Assembly (NCBI GenBank): GCA_964605735.1
Contig: CAZSDS010000001.1
Coordinates: 639,157 to 703,156 of the forward strand
DNA length: 64,000 nucleotides
Direction: 5' to 3'
Source: an uncultured Candidatus Saccharibacteria bacterium
GTDB taxonomy: Bacteria; Patescibacteriota; Doudnabacteria; UBA920; O2-02-FULL-48-8
Shown: positions 9,813 to 18,384 of the stretch, one piece after another
Numbering within the stretch: position 1 is the stretch's first letter
Layout: each line of letters opens with the position of its first letter
The notes under the pieces: model-generated
The model's database searches: none
Told to the model about the DNA's origin: nothing
The model's input: only the letters and a program-made list of their open reading frames with translations
Translations under genes and position numbers: made by a program

Positions 9813-11999
9813 TTACGCAACTGAACAATAACTTACCACTTGATAGTTAATCATAACCTCCTTAAACACCTGACCCTTAACGCGCACTCTTTTCTTTACA
9901 ACCCCTTTCCCTGATTTTCTGATCACATAGTAAACAAAATAAATGCTTGAAGTCCAGGCGAAAACGGAGAGCGCAACACCAGTCCTTGGTAACGGCGGTT
10001 CAGATGTCTCAGCAGGCGGAGTTGTTGCAGACTCAGACGGTGGTTCAGAAGATGTCGGTTCTTCCGGGATTTCAGGCGGGTCATCCACTGGGGGTTCATC
10101 AACAGGAGGAGCCGGTGGTGGTGGAGCACCTCCACCCCCCCCTCCGCCTCCACCCCCACCGCTCGGCGGAGGTGTATTGACGGTTACAGAAACTGTGTCC
10201 GAATCATTAGAGGGATCTGTGTCATCCGGAGTGGTTTTGGTAGCAGTGTTGTCAAAAGTGTCACCTGCCGTGCCGTCGTTTACAGTCACAGTCAGTTCAA
10301 GCGTGGCAAACTCACCGTTATTTAAGTCTCCTACAACCCAAACCCCCGTAGCATCATCATACGAACCCTGACTTGCCACATCCGAGACATACGTCACTTC
10401 CGCCGGCAAAACATCTTCCACTTCAATGCCAGTGGCGTCATCAGGCCCATTGTTGGTGATGGTTACTGTATAGACGATTGTATCTTCTTCATCAGGTGTT
10501 GCGTCATCAACCTCCTTTTCAACAGCCAGGTCAAATGCAGCCGGAGCCGCATCCTCATACCCCAATACAACAAAAGGACATGACGAAGACGGGCCGAACA
10601 TTGTATAATCACCAAACTCCATGTTTGCACCTTCATTAAACATAAAAACATCAAAGGATGGTGATAGAGCTTCTGTAGTTAAATCCACTTGAGCAAACCG
10701 CGCTTGCGTGTCAAAACCATTGATGTTCACAAAGAACCACACGGCAACCGTATTTGAAGAAGTACTACTCGAATGCGCAAGATGGTTTACTCTGTAAGGA
10801 TATGGATAATCAACGCTGTTGAGCAGTGTTCCGTCTGAGGCAATATGAATAATGTGGTCTTCGAACGCCGAAAAATCATACCACCAAGTCACCAGCGAAT
10901 CGTCAGGCAAAACAATAATTTCACCGGGGTGCAAATTGAAATTGAGCGCAATATCATCCAGAGCCGTATCTAATCCAGGTACAGTATATAGAACCGTAGT
11001 AGTGTCAGTTGCAACATCATACTTTTTAATTTCTGCTGAATCTAGTTCGGACCAATAGAATGACCCGCCGTCGCGGGAAACAGCAATAGCAGTCGCATAG
11101 CCACCAGCGCTAAACGGGATTGTCGCCACTGGGCCGCTAAGTACCCCAGCGCTTGTAACTTTATATGTTTCGCCCCAATTCAAAGCCCCAAAACCCCCGC
11201 CGTTGGTTACATAAAAATCAGTCCCGTCATTGTAAATCAAAGGGAAGCCGCTCAAAGCCGGCGCATTGGGCGTGATAGTGGAAACATGACTAAGATTTGG
11301 GTCAAACAGGATAACTGAGTTAGCCGCATATTTCGCAAAACGGTCATGAAACAATGAATACCCATTCGGTAAAGCATTTCCAATTTCACCTGTAGGTATA
11401 TCCGGATAGAATCCCACCAACGTCCCATCAGGCTGCCATACGGTTGCAGGCAAATTAGAAGTATCGTCATCAGGAACCAGGTAAGACCCCTGAGGAATAG
11501 GGGTAACATTTACCGGGGCAACATCAAAATCCATCTGGATATCAACGGTCGCCGGCCCACCTCCCCAATCCATCACCAGTTTTATATAATATGTACCTGG
11601 TGTTAAGTGCACCCACCAAGCACTGCTGTAGTCAGCAGTAAAACTTTTGACCAAAGTAGTCCCATCATCCTGATATATTTGGCTCAACAAACTTCCGGAT
11701 TGCCAATGATGATCTGTGCTTCCACCTAAAACAATTTCCTCAGCCGTAATAAATCTGAACCAGAATTCTTCGTTCACATTGAATTCCGCCTGCGTAACCA
11801 ATCGTGAAAATGGCGTGGAATCTATATCTACAAAAGTTGCCGGCGGGGCTGCCTTAACTTCAGTGGGTAAGGAAAAAGGCAAAATAAAAGAGCTGGTTAT
11901 CATCAATAATGTGACAACAGCAACTATTTTGGAGCTCCGCGGGGTACTTTTCCTGCGGAACACAATAGATTGGCCTTCAAAGACCATCTCCTTATTCAT
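9813..11999 (-). CDS. Large surface protein: beta-rich/propeller-like region, DUF11 Ig-like domain, Gly/Pro linker, LPxTG-type anchor
   Basis: Signal peptide; DLAVEK.VD...P......YTVTITNNGPD.AT...V.D.LP (DUF11); LPRTG + TM + basic tail. Confidence 0.85.
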   Translation of the reverse strand: MNKEMVFEGQSIVFRRKSTPRSSKIVAVVTLLMITSSFILPFSLPTEVKAAPPATFVDIDSTPFSRLVTQAEFNVNEEFWFRFITAEEIVLGGSTDHHWQSGSLLSQIYQDDGTTLVKSFTADYSSAWWVHLTPGTYYIKLVMDWGGGPATVDIQMDFDVAPVNVTPIPQGSYLVPDDDTSNLPATVWQPDGTLVGFYPDIPTGEIGNALPNGYSLFHDRFAKYAANSVILFDPNLSHVSTITPNAPALSGFPLIYNDGTDFYVTNGGGFGALNWGETYKVTSAGVLSGPVATIPFSAGGYATAIAVSRDGGSFYWSELDSAEIKKYDVATDTTTVLYTVPGLDTALDDIALNFNLHPGEIIVLPDDSLVTWWYDFSAFEDHIIHIASDGTLLNSVDYPYPYRVNHLAHSSSTSSNTVAVWFFVNINGFDTQARFAQVDLTTEALSPSFDVFMFNEGANMEFGDYTMFGPSSSCPFVVLGYEDAAPAAFDLAVEKEVDDATPDEEDTIVYTVTITNNGPDDATGIEVEDVLPAEVTYVSDVASQGSYDDATGVWVVGDLNNGEFATLELTVTVNDGTAGDTFDNTATKTTPDDTDPSNDSDTVSVTVNTPPPSGGGGGGGGGGGAPPPPAPPVDEPPVDDPPEIPEEPTSSEPPSESATTPPAETSEPPLPRTGVALSVFAWTSSIYFVYYVIRKSGKGVVKKRVRVKGQVFKEVMINYQVVSYCSVA

Positions 12000-12166
12000 T
12001 TGTTTTTTTGTTTCAGATTTTTGTGAACCTTACATACGTAATTATAACACACTTGAAGAAAAAAATCAACTAGCGCTGCCCCTCTATTCTTTTACTGTTC
12101 ACTTTGCTGCTTTACGGTGTAACTACCATAAATTACAATGGTTGTATAAAAAATTATTAACGATAT

Positions 12167-12664
12167 ATGAGCAACATCATTACAAAAGAGTATTTACGAG
12201 AACTTGAGGCTGAAGCGCCTGCTTCCAGGAAGTGTCTGGAAAAAATTCCTATCGAACTTATGGACTATACGCCGCATGAGAAATCCATGAAAATGGGAGG
12301 TCTGGTGGTTATGACTGCGGACATGCCAAGGTGGGTAGCAAAAATGGTCACTGACAAAGTCATCGACTTTGGCACCTACCCGCAGTTCTCGCCGAAAACA
12401 ACAGAAGATTTGATTAGCCACCTGGACTTGGCAATGAACGAAGCAAGATCCGCTCTAAACAACATATCAGATGAAGATTTGGAACAAACCTTTGAACTTA
12501 AGAACAGCGGACAACTCCTCTGGAGCATTTCTTTGGGTGAAGGAATCAGCAATACCATCAATCACTGGGTGCACCACAGAGGCCAGCTCTCGGTTTACAT
12601 GAGAATGAATAATTTACCGGTTCCATCTCTTTACGGTCCATCAGCAGACGAGCAAACATTTTAA
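12167..12664 (+). CDS. DinB-family protein
   Basis: PHEKSM motif and NHWVHHRGQLSVYMR...VPSLYGPS. Confidence 0.85.
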   Translation: MSNIITKEYLRELEAEAPASRKCLEKIPIELMDYTPHEKSMKMGGLVVMTADMPRWVAKMVTDKVIDFGTYPQFSPKTTEDLISHLDLAMNEARSALNNISDEDLEQTFELKNSGQLLWSISLGEGISNTINHWVHHRGQLSVYMRMNNLPVPSLYGPSADEQTF

Positions 12665-12724
12665 TCCTGAACACTCAACTTAAAAACATTAGCAACCGCT
12701 GATGTTTTTTGTTATGATTGGATT

Positions 12725-13381
12725 ATGAAACCAATTAACTTTACTTTCAAAAGCGAAACGGTGCCCTGGCTTATCTTGCTGGCAAGTTTCGCTTCAGGCA
12801 TATATTTTTATTCCCAATTTCCTGACACTGTGGTGAGCCACTGGAACTTTGAAGGAGAGCCGGATGGATACACAGGAAAATTCTGGGGAGCATTCTTGGG
12901 CCCAGTAGTTCTGTTTGGCATGTATTTGCTTTTCCTTACCCTCCCCTACCTTGATCCAAAAAAGGAAAACTATAAAGACTTTCAAACTTTGTACCTCTAC
13001 TTCCGAAACATGATTATGGCTGTCATGTTGGCCATCTTTGCGCTTGTAGGTTTCTACAATCTTGGATACGAAGTCAACATCAGCACCGCAATTCCAATCA
13101 TTATCGGATTAATGTTTATTGTCATGGGCAGACACCTTGGTAAAATAAAAAGCAATTGGTTTGTGGGAGTACGAACCCCCTGGACTCTTTCCTCTGAAGT
13201 GGTCTGGGAAAAAACGCACGCCTTTGCTGGCAAATGCCTTGTGGCTTTCGGCGCAATCATGGTAGCCATGCCCTTCCTGACCAAAACCCTGAGTTTTATT
13301 TTATTCTTCCTTGGAATAGCGCTTCTGGTTTTTGGCACCTTTGTTTATTCATATATCGCCTACCGCAAAATAAAACAGTAG
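12725..13381 (+). CDS. SdpI/DUF1648-family membrane protein
   Basis: PD.V..HWN..GEPDG and NWFVGVRTPWTLSSE.VWEKTH motifs. Confidence 0.88.
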   Translation: MKPINFTFKSETVPWLILLASFASGIYFYSQFPDTVVSHWNFEGEPDGYTGKFWGAFLGPVVLFGMYLLFLTLPYLDPKKENYKDFQTLYLYFRNMIMAVMLAIFALVGFYNLGYEVNISTAIPIIIGLMFIVMGRHLGKIKSNWFVGVRTPWTLSSEVVWEKTHAFAGKCLVAFGAIMVAMPFLTKTLSFILFFLGIALLVFGTFVYSYIAYRKIKQ

Positions 13382-13551
13382 GCGCACCGTCAAACTATAA
13401 ACGAATTCCTATAATAAAAGCCGCATTAGCTTTTCAGCGAATGCGGTTGTTTTTTCACGATGGACTTTGAATGCAGCAAAAAACCAGCAACTCACCAACA
13501 CCAGATGTTTATCTTTGATATAATAAGAAAAACTAAATAAGATAAAATTAA

Positions 13552-14532
13552 ATGACATTATTTGTTCATATCTGCTTGTTTTTCTTGTCTGCTGGAATAA
13601 TCTGGTATTTTGCGGGATTAGTCGTTGATTCAATAGATAAAGTAGCAAAGCGCTTTCACCAAACTGGATTCACTGTAGCTTTTTTTGTGTTGGGCTGGCT
13701 CACTTCCCTAAGCGAGCTTTCGGTCATGGTCAACTCCAGCATCCAAAAAACCCCGCAGATCTCAGCAGGCAATCTTGCTGGAGCGTCGTTCGTCATACTG
13801 CTTTTTATAGTGCCGCTCCTGGCCATTATGAGCAACGGCATCCAGCTGAGAAAAACTCTGTCCAGGAGATACCTGGCAAGTTCGTTTCTGGCCATTTGTC
13901 TGCCAAACCTGTTTATGCTGGATGGCAACGTCACCAAACGCGAAGGGCTTCTGATTCTCCTGGTTTACGGCACCCTGATTTATTTCATTGGAAAACACAG
14001 GCCAAAACAGACGGTTCCCAAGATTGTAGACCAGGTCCAGGACGAGCTTCTTAACAAAGAAAAGGCAACCACCGGGGACATGGTGAAAATTGTCGTTGGC
14101 GCTCTGTTTATTTTTCTGGCCGGCCATTTGCTTGTGGTGGAAACAGAATTTATCTCAAATGCCATCAATGTGCCCAGTTCCATCATAGGGCTTATCCTGC
14201 TTTCCGTCGGCACAAACGTCCCTGAACTCGTGGTCGGGATCCGATCAGTCCTCAAAAAACACAAAGACATTGCCTTTGGCAATTACCTGGGATCGGCCTT
14301 AAACAATGCGCCGACATTCGGTTTGCTGGCGCTGATAAACGGCACTTTTGCTGTTGAATCCTCCGAGTTTTTGGCCACAGGAATTTTACTGGCAACCGGA
14401 CTTATCGCTTTCTATTATTTCGCAAAATCCAAAAACAACATAAGCAGAGAGGAAGGATACGCGCTTATCGCATTTTACGGCGTATTCTTCATTCTCCAGG
14501 TGATCAATATAATCCGGTTTGCAACCAGCTAA
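13552..14532 (+). CDS. Na+/Ca2+ antiporter (CaCA, YrbG-like)
   Basis: Two alpha repeats TSLSEL...GNLAGA and GTNVPEL...AFGNYLGS; about 10 TMs. Confidence 0.85.
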   Translation: MTLFVHICLFFLSAGIIWYFAGLVVDSIDKVAKRFHQTGFTVAFFVLGWLTSLSELSVMVNSSIQKTPQISAGNLAGASFVILLFIVPLLAIMSNGIQLRKTLSRRYLASSFLAICLPNLFMLDGNVTKREGLLILLVYGTLIYFIGKHRPKQTVPKIVDQVQDELLNKEKATTGDMVKIVVGALFIFLAGHLLVVETEFISNAINVPSSIIGLILLSVGTNVPELVVGIRSVLKKHKDIAFGNYLGSALNNAPTFGLLALINGTFAVESSEFLATGILLATGLIAFYYFAKSKNNISREEGYALIAFYGVFFILQVINIIRFATS

Positions 14533-14658
14533 GACATAAAGCAACCTGACTCCCTGCCGCCAACAAATTTTGTAATTTTATACACTATGAAAAGAGCAAT
14601 CCTGCAGGTATAGTGTTGCCATAGTTTTAAACAAACAATTAATTATTAACCAAAATAT

Positions 14659-14952
14659 ATGATCCTTGTACAAGACATTTTTGTCTGCAAGCCGGGTAAT
14701 GCCTCCAAGCTGGCCAAATTATTCAAAGAAGTAATGGCCGCATTCCCTGAGACCAAATATATATTGACCGACTATACCGGCCAATGGCACCGTGTCATCA
14801 TGATCTCTGAATTTGAAAGCCTGGCCGCTTACGAGCAAAGCTGGGAGAAAATGAAAAACCCGACTCCGGAGATGAAAGAAATGGATGAAAAAATGAAAGG
14901 AATGAATGATATGTATGTGTCCGGAAGCAGGGAAATTTATCGGGTAATGTAA
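14659..14952 (+). CDS. NIPSNAP-like dimeric alpha/beta barrel protein
   Basis: F.CKPG...ILTD.TG....V....EFESLAAYE pattern. Confidence 0.65.
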   Translation: MILVQDIFVCKPGNASKLAKLFKEVMAAFPETKYILTDYTGQWHRVIMISEFESLAAYEQSWEKMKNPTPEMKEMDEKMKGMNDMYVSGSREIYRVM

Positions 14953-14993
14953 GCAGTCAAATGACTGCTTTTTTCTTGGGCTATAATATCTTC

Positions 14994-15317
14994 ATGAAGA
15001 AAAAAACCGGAATCAAAAAAGGAACAAAGCAGATTTACTTTGTTTACTTTCTGCAGTGCGCTGACAAATCCATCTACTGCGGAATCGCCAAGAATATTGA
15101 GAAACGAACAGCCCAGCATAATGCGGGTAAGGGATCAGCCTATGTCCGGTCAAGAGGAGGCGGAAAAATAATCTATCAGGAAACACAAAACAGCCTAAGC
15201 CTGGCACTTAAGCGAGAATCACAACTAAAAAAATTGGACCGGCCCAGCAAACTGTTTTTAATAAAAAGTTTTAGTAAATCAGGTAAAAAGCGACTCCCAA
15301 ACCAGCGGCAATTCTGA
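14994..15317 (+). CDS. GIY-YIG nuclease (UPF0213/YazA-like)
   Basis: YFVYFLQCAD.SIYCG....EKR..QHN.GKGS.Y...ALKRE..LK; start moved to MKKK. Confidence 0.85.
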   Translation: MKKKTGIKKGTKQIYFVYFLQCADKSIYCGIAKNIEKRTAQHNAGKGSAYVRSRGGGKIIYQETQNSLSLALKRESQLKKLDRPSKLFLIKSFSKSGKKRLPNQRQF

Positions 15318-15939
15318 AGTAAGAAAAAATTCCTAGATTGTTGGTTTTGAGATATTTTTCCAGGGCTGAGATTGTGATATTGATAAACACCCCGCCGATC
15401 AGCACTATAATCAGGACATCCAAATACTCTGACAGCTCGGCCTGATACATTGATTGGTCGTAATAGATTTTGAAAAGTGCGGCCAGCACCGCTGGGATAC
15501 TCAGCAGGAAGGCCAGTTTGGCGAAGGTCATTCGCTCCCTGCCCGCATGCCACGGCACCATATTCAATGACGGATGGAACAATCCCCCAACCACTCCAAG
15601 CGCAGAGAAAGCCAGGTCATACCCTTCGCGCGTTTTCAAATGCCTGATCTGCCCCAGAAAATATCCGAGACCTGCGGCCGCAACCGCAAAACCCAGGTAT
15701 ACGCAAGCCAGCCATATGAGTTTGACTATCAACTCCTGTTCTGAAGCCATAATCGAGTACAAGAGCAAAGGCATGGTGGCTATGGTCAGGGCAGTGCCTA
15801 CATAGTGGTCAGAGTCCCTTATTACATAGTGGAGTTTTTGTTTCAATACCCTGCGCATAATATGCAATACTCCCCTCACCACTTCATCAAATTGGTAGAC
15901 TAGAACCAGTAATATCGAGAACAGGAGTATTTTTGCCAT
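15271..15939 (-). CDS. Divergent UppP/BacA-like membrane protein lacking catalytic motifs
   Basis: C-terminal AFLLSIPAVLAA and F.YFRI..G match BacA; catalytic boxes absent. Confidence 0.6.
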   Translation of the reverse strand: MAKILLFSILLVLVYQFDEVVRGVLHIMRRVLKQKLHYVIRDSDHYVGTALTIATMPLLLYSIMASEQELIVKLIWLACVYLGFAVAAAGLGYFLGQIRHLKTREGYDLAFSALGVVGGLFHPSLNMVPWHAGRERMTFAKLAFLLSIPAVLAALFKIYYDQSMYQAELSEYLDVLIIVLIGGVFINITISALEKYLKTNNLGIFSYFRIAAGLGVAFYLIY

Positions 15940-16028
15940 ATATCTTGCTTTAAGCCTGGCAGTATACACCCAAACGCCGCCAAAGTCAAGGCTTTTTTTA
16001 TTCGCGGCAAAAAGCTATAATTCAGGTT

Positions 16029-17039
16029 ATGAAAAAAGCCAAAACAATTTTAGCCATTGAAACCAGTTGTGACGAAACCGCGGCCGCGGTTATTCATGGC
16101 GGGAAAATCATTTCCAACGTGATTGCATCCCAAGCTGAGCTTCACAACAAGTACGGCGGCGTGGTCCCGGAAGTTGCCGCCCGCGAACACGTCCCAACAA
16201 TCATCCCAACCATTGATTTGGCATTGAAAGAGGCCAAAACAAAACTGGCCGATATCGACGTAATTTCTGTGACGAAAGGCCCGGGTTTGTCCATTGCCCT
16301 GCATACCGGAATTGATGCGGCAAAATCTTTGGCTCTTGCGCTGAACAAACCGTTGCTTCCTGTTAATCATATGGAAGCGCATATTTATGCAAACTTTGTG
16401 GAACCGGAAATTGACTTCCCTGCCCTGGTTCTGATTGTTTCCGGAGGGCATACCCAGCTAGTGCTGATGAAGGGGCACGGCCAGTTTAAAATTTTGGGAG
16501 AAACGGTTGACGATGCCGCGGGCGAAGCTTTTGACAAAACAGCAAAACTTATAGGGTTAGGTTATCCTGGCGGACCAAGAATCAGTAAACTTGCGGAAAA
16601 CGGAAATCCTGATGCGTTTAAATTTCCCCGTCCCATGCTCAACTCAAAAGACCTAAACTTCAGTTTTTCAGGATTGAAAACAGCAGTGCTTTACGAAATC
16701 CAAAAGCTCAAAAAAATGGATAAAAAAACCAAACAAAATTTGGCTGCGTCTTTGCAGGCTGCGATAGTCGAAACTCTGATTGGCAAAACAGAGCAAGCGC
16801 TTTTAAAACACAAGCCAAAAACAATCATGCTTGGAGGCGGCGTTGCGGCAAACAAAAAACTTCGCGAGGCGTTTATCGCCCTGGCAGAAAAACACTATCT
16901 GAATTACTCCATTCCGCCGCTGATTTACTGCACTGACAATGCGGCCATGATCGGGCTTGCGGCGCATTACAGGATTAAATCCGGGAAGGCAAACTACTCT
17001 ATGAAATTCAGCGCCCAACCAAACCTGGAGTTGAAATAA
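16029..17039 (+). CDS. tsaD: tRNA N6-threonylcarbamoyladenosine synthesis protein TsaD
   Basis: ILAIETSCDET, YGGVVPE.AAREH, HMEAH, VSGGHT, GEAFDK, FSFSGLKT, TDNAAMI. Confidence 0.97.
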   Translation: MKKAKTILAIETSCDETAAAVIHGGKIISNVIASQAELHNKYGGVVPEVAAREHVPTIIPTIDLALKEAKTKLADIDVISVTKGPGLSIALHTGIDAAKSLALALNKPLLPVNHMEAHIYANFVEPEIDFPALVLIVSGGHTQLVLMKGHGQFKILGETVDDAAGEAFDKTAKLIGLGYPGGPRISKLAENGNPDAFKFPRPMLNSKDLNFSFSGLKTAVLYEIQKLKKMDKKTKQNLAASLQAAIVETLIGKTEQALLKHKPKTIMLGGGVAANKKLREAFIALAEKHYLNYSIPPLIYCTDNAAMIGLAAHYRIKSGKANYSMKFSAQPNLELK

Positions 17040-17082
17040 AAAAAGCACTTCGGAAAACCAAAGTGCTGAACCGAACACGTAA

Positions 17083-18024
17083 TCAGTCCCTCCTTTCCTG
17101 TCTCAACCCAATCACCCGCTTAATTTCATTGACTTCGTGGGTGATATCCACGAGCTGTCCTTCCACGTACTTGAACCAGCCAAATCCCACATGATCCGCA
17201 CGCTCTTTCTTTATGCGGTACATGGTGGAATCTGCAACTTGCCGCCACTTGGCGATCAGGTCCGCAACCACTCTTTTCTTTTCCAGGTGATCGAGGCCTT
17301 TGAGAATCCCCCTCAAGGAACTCCCTTGCAATGCCACCGCCCCAAAATCAATGTTCGGCCTCAACTCAGGTTCATTGAAAATTTCCGAATACTCGCTCCA
17401 GTCTTTCCTTAAGTTGAAAGCGTCCTTGATATGGCTTGCGGTGTCGTAGGCTTCAAGCGGTCCGCGAGGAGGCGGTACAATCAGAATTTCCACCTCATCC
17501 CCGGCCCGGTTGCTCCGGACAGCCAGATCGCTTTGCTCGAAAGGTTCTGCGCTGACCCGCAAACTGCCCATGATGGTGTCAGCCACAGCCTTAACCAACA
17601 TATCGCCGTAGGTGTGCCCAAAGTTGTCGTTGTACATCTTCAGGTTTCGGATGTCCCCCAGTATCAAACAGGGAGCCCCGTGGCGCCTGTCGCTGACGTT
17701 GCGTCTGTCCGTGCAATAACTCTCAACGTACATCGGGAAAATCGTGTCGAAGTAGTCTCCCAAAAGCAACCCGGTTCTTGGGTCAAACTTGGGTCCCTCG
17801 ATCTTGCTTTCCGCAATTTCAGTCAGGACATGGACCTGTTTTTTCAGTTCCATGATCTCCTGACCCCGACCTTCAAGCGCCGCACTTACTGCAACTGCGA
17901 CCCGTTCGCGCAGTTCAGAATTGTACTTCTCAAGCAGGCGCTCCGACTCGACGCTGTCGATTACCCCTTTTCTGCAAAGGGTCTTAAGCTGCTCCTCAAA
18001 GGAGGAGGCTTTTGTGTCAGGCAT
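17083..18024 (-). CDS. Divergent GGDEF-domain protein (diguanylate cyclase-like)
   Basis: DPRTGL, D..NLK.YND.FGH..GD, RAGDEV, AD..MY..K; SD AAAGGAGG. Confidence 0.75.
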   Translation of the reverse strand: MPDTKASSFEEQLKTLCRKGVIDSVESERLLEKYNSELRERVAVAVSAALEGRGQEIMELKKQVHVLTEIAESKIEGPKFDPRTGLLLGDYFDTIFPMYVESYCTDRRNVSDRRHGAPCLILGDIRNLKMYNDNFGHTYGDMLVKAVADTIMGSLRVSAEPFEQSDLAVRSNRAGDEVEILIVPPPRGPLEAYDTASHIKDAFNLRKDWSEYSEIFNEPELRPNIDFGAVALQGSSLRGILKGLDHLEKKRVVADLIAKWRQVADSTMYRIKKERADHVGFGWFKYVEGQLVDITHEVNEIKRVIGLRQERRD

Positions 18025-18104
18025 AACCGTCCTCCTTTGAACATCTCTGGTTTGTTAAAGAAATCAACCCATAAAAACCAAGCACCTAGCTTAACTTTTA
18101 TCGA

Positions 18105-18133
18105 TTGACATTTTCTGCCACTTAAGCTATTGT
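18105..18133 (+). promoter_or_regulatory. sigma70 promoter of valS leader
   Basis: TTGACA(18105)-17-TATTGT(18128). Confidence 0.7.
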
Positions 18134-18139
18134 TAACAC

Positions 18140-18366
18140 TAATAAAAGTGATACAGGCTGTCACCTGTTTTCGCCCAAAGGGCGGCACTGCAGGAAGAAC
18201 GTTGTCCGGTTAATTCCGGATACCAACCAGTAGAACCTGCCGGATGCAACCGTTATATGCAAAATCAAGTGGTGGCTAGAATATATAACAAATGCTGCCG
18301 AAAATCAAGATGGTACCTCCCTGGCTAAAGTTGGGGATCTTGAACACCAAGTGTGGTGTTTTTTTG
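18140..18366 (+). ncRNA. T-box riboswitch (ultrashort Stem I, Val GUC specifier) upstream of valS
   Basis: CAGG-CTGTCA-CCTG hairpin; Stem II GAAC...CAGTAG; CCGTTA; antiterminator CAAGA-TGGTACC-TCCC...GGGA-TCTTG; terminator hairpin + U-run. Confidence 0.85.
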
Positions 18367-18384
18367 TTAATTTAACCAAGCAAT

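Noticed and set aside
14994-15317. GIY-YIG gene as a homing endonuclease or mobile element
   Set aside because: Short stand-alone UPF0213-type domain with no intron or IS context
18230-18232. GTA (Val codon) as the T-box specifier
   Set aside because: It is part of the conserved AGUA S-turn of Stem II; GUC in the Stem I loop fits better
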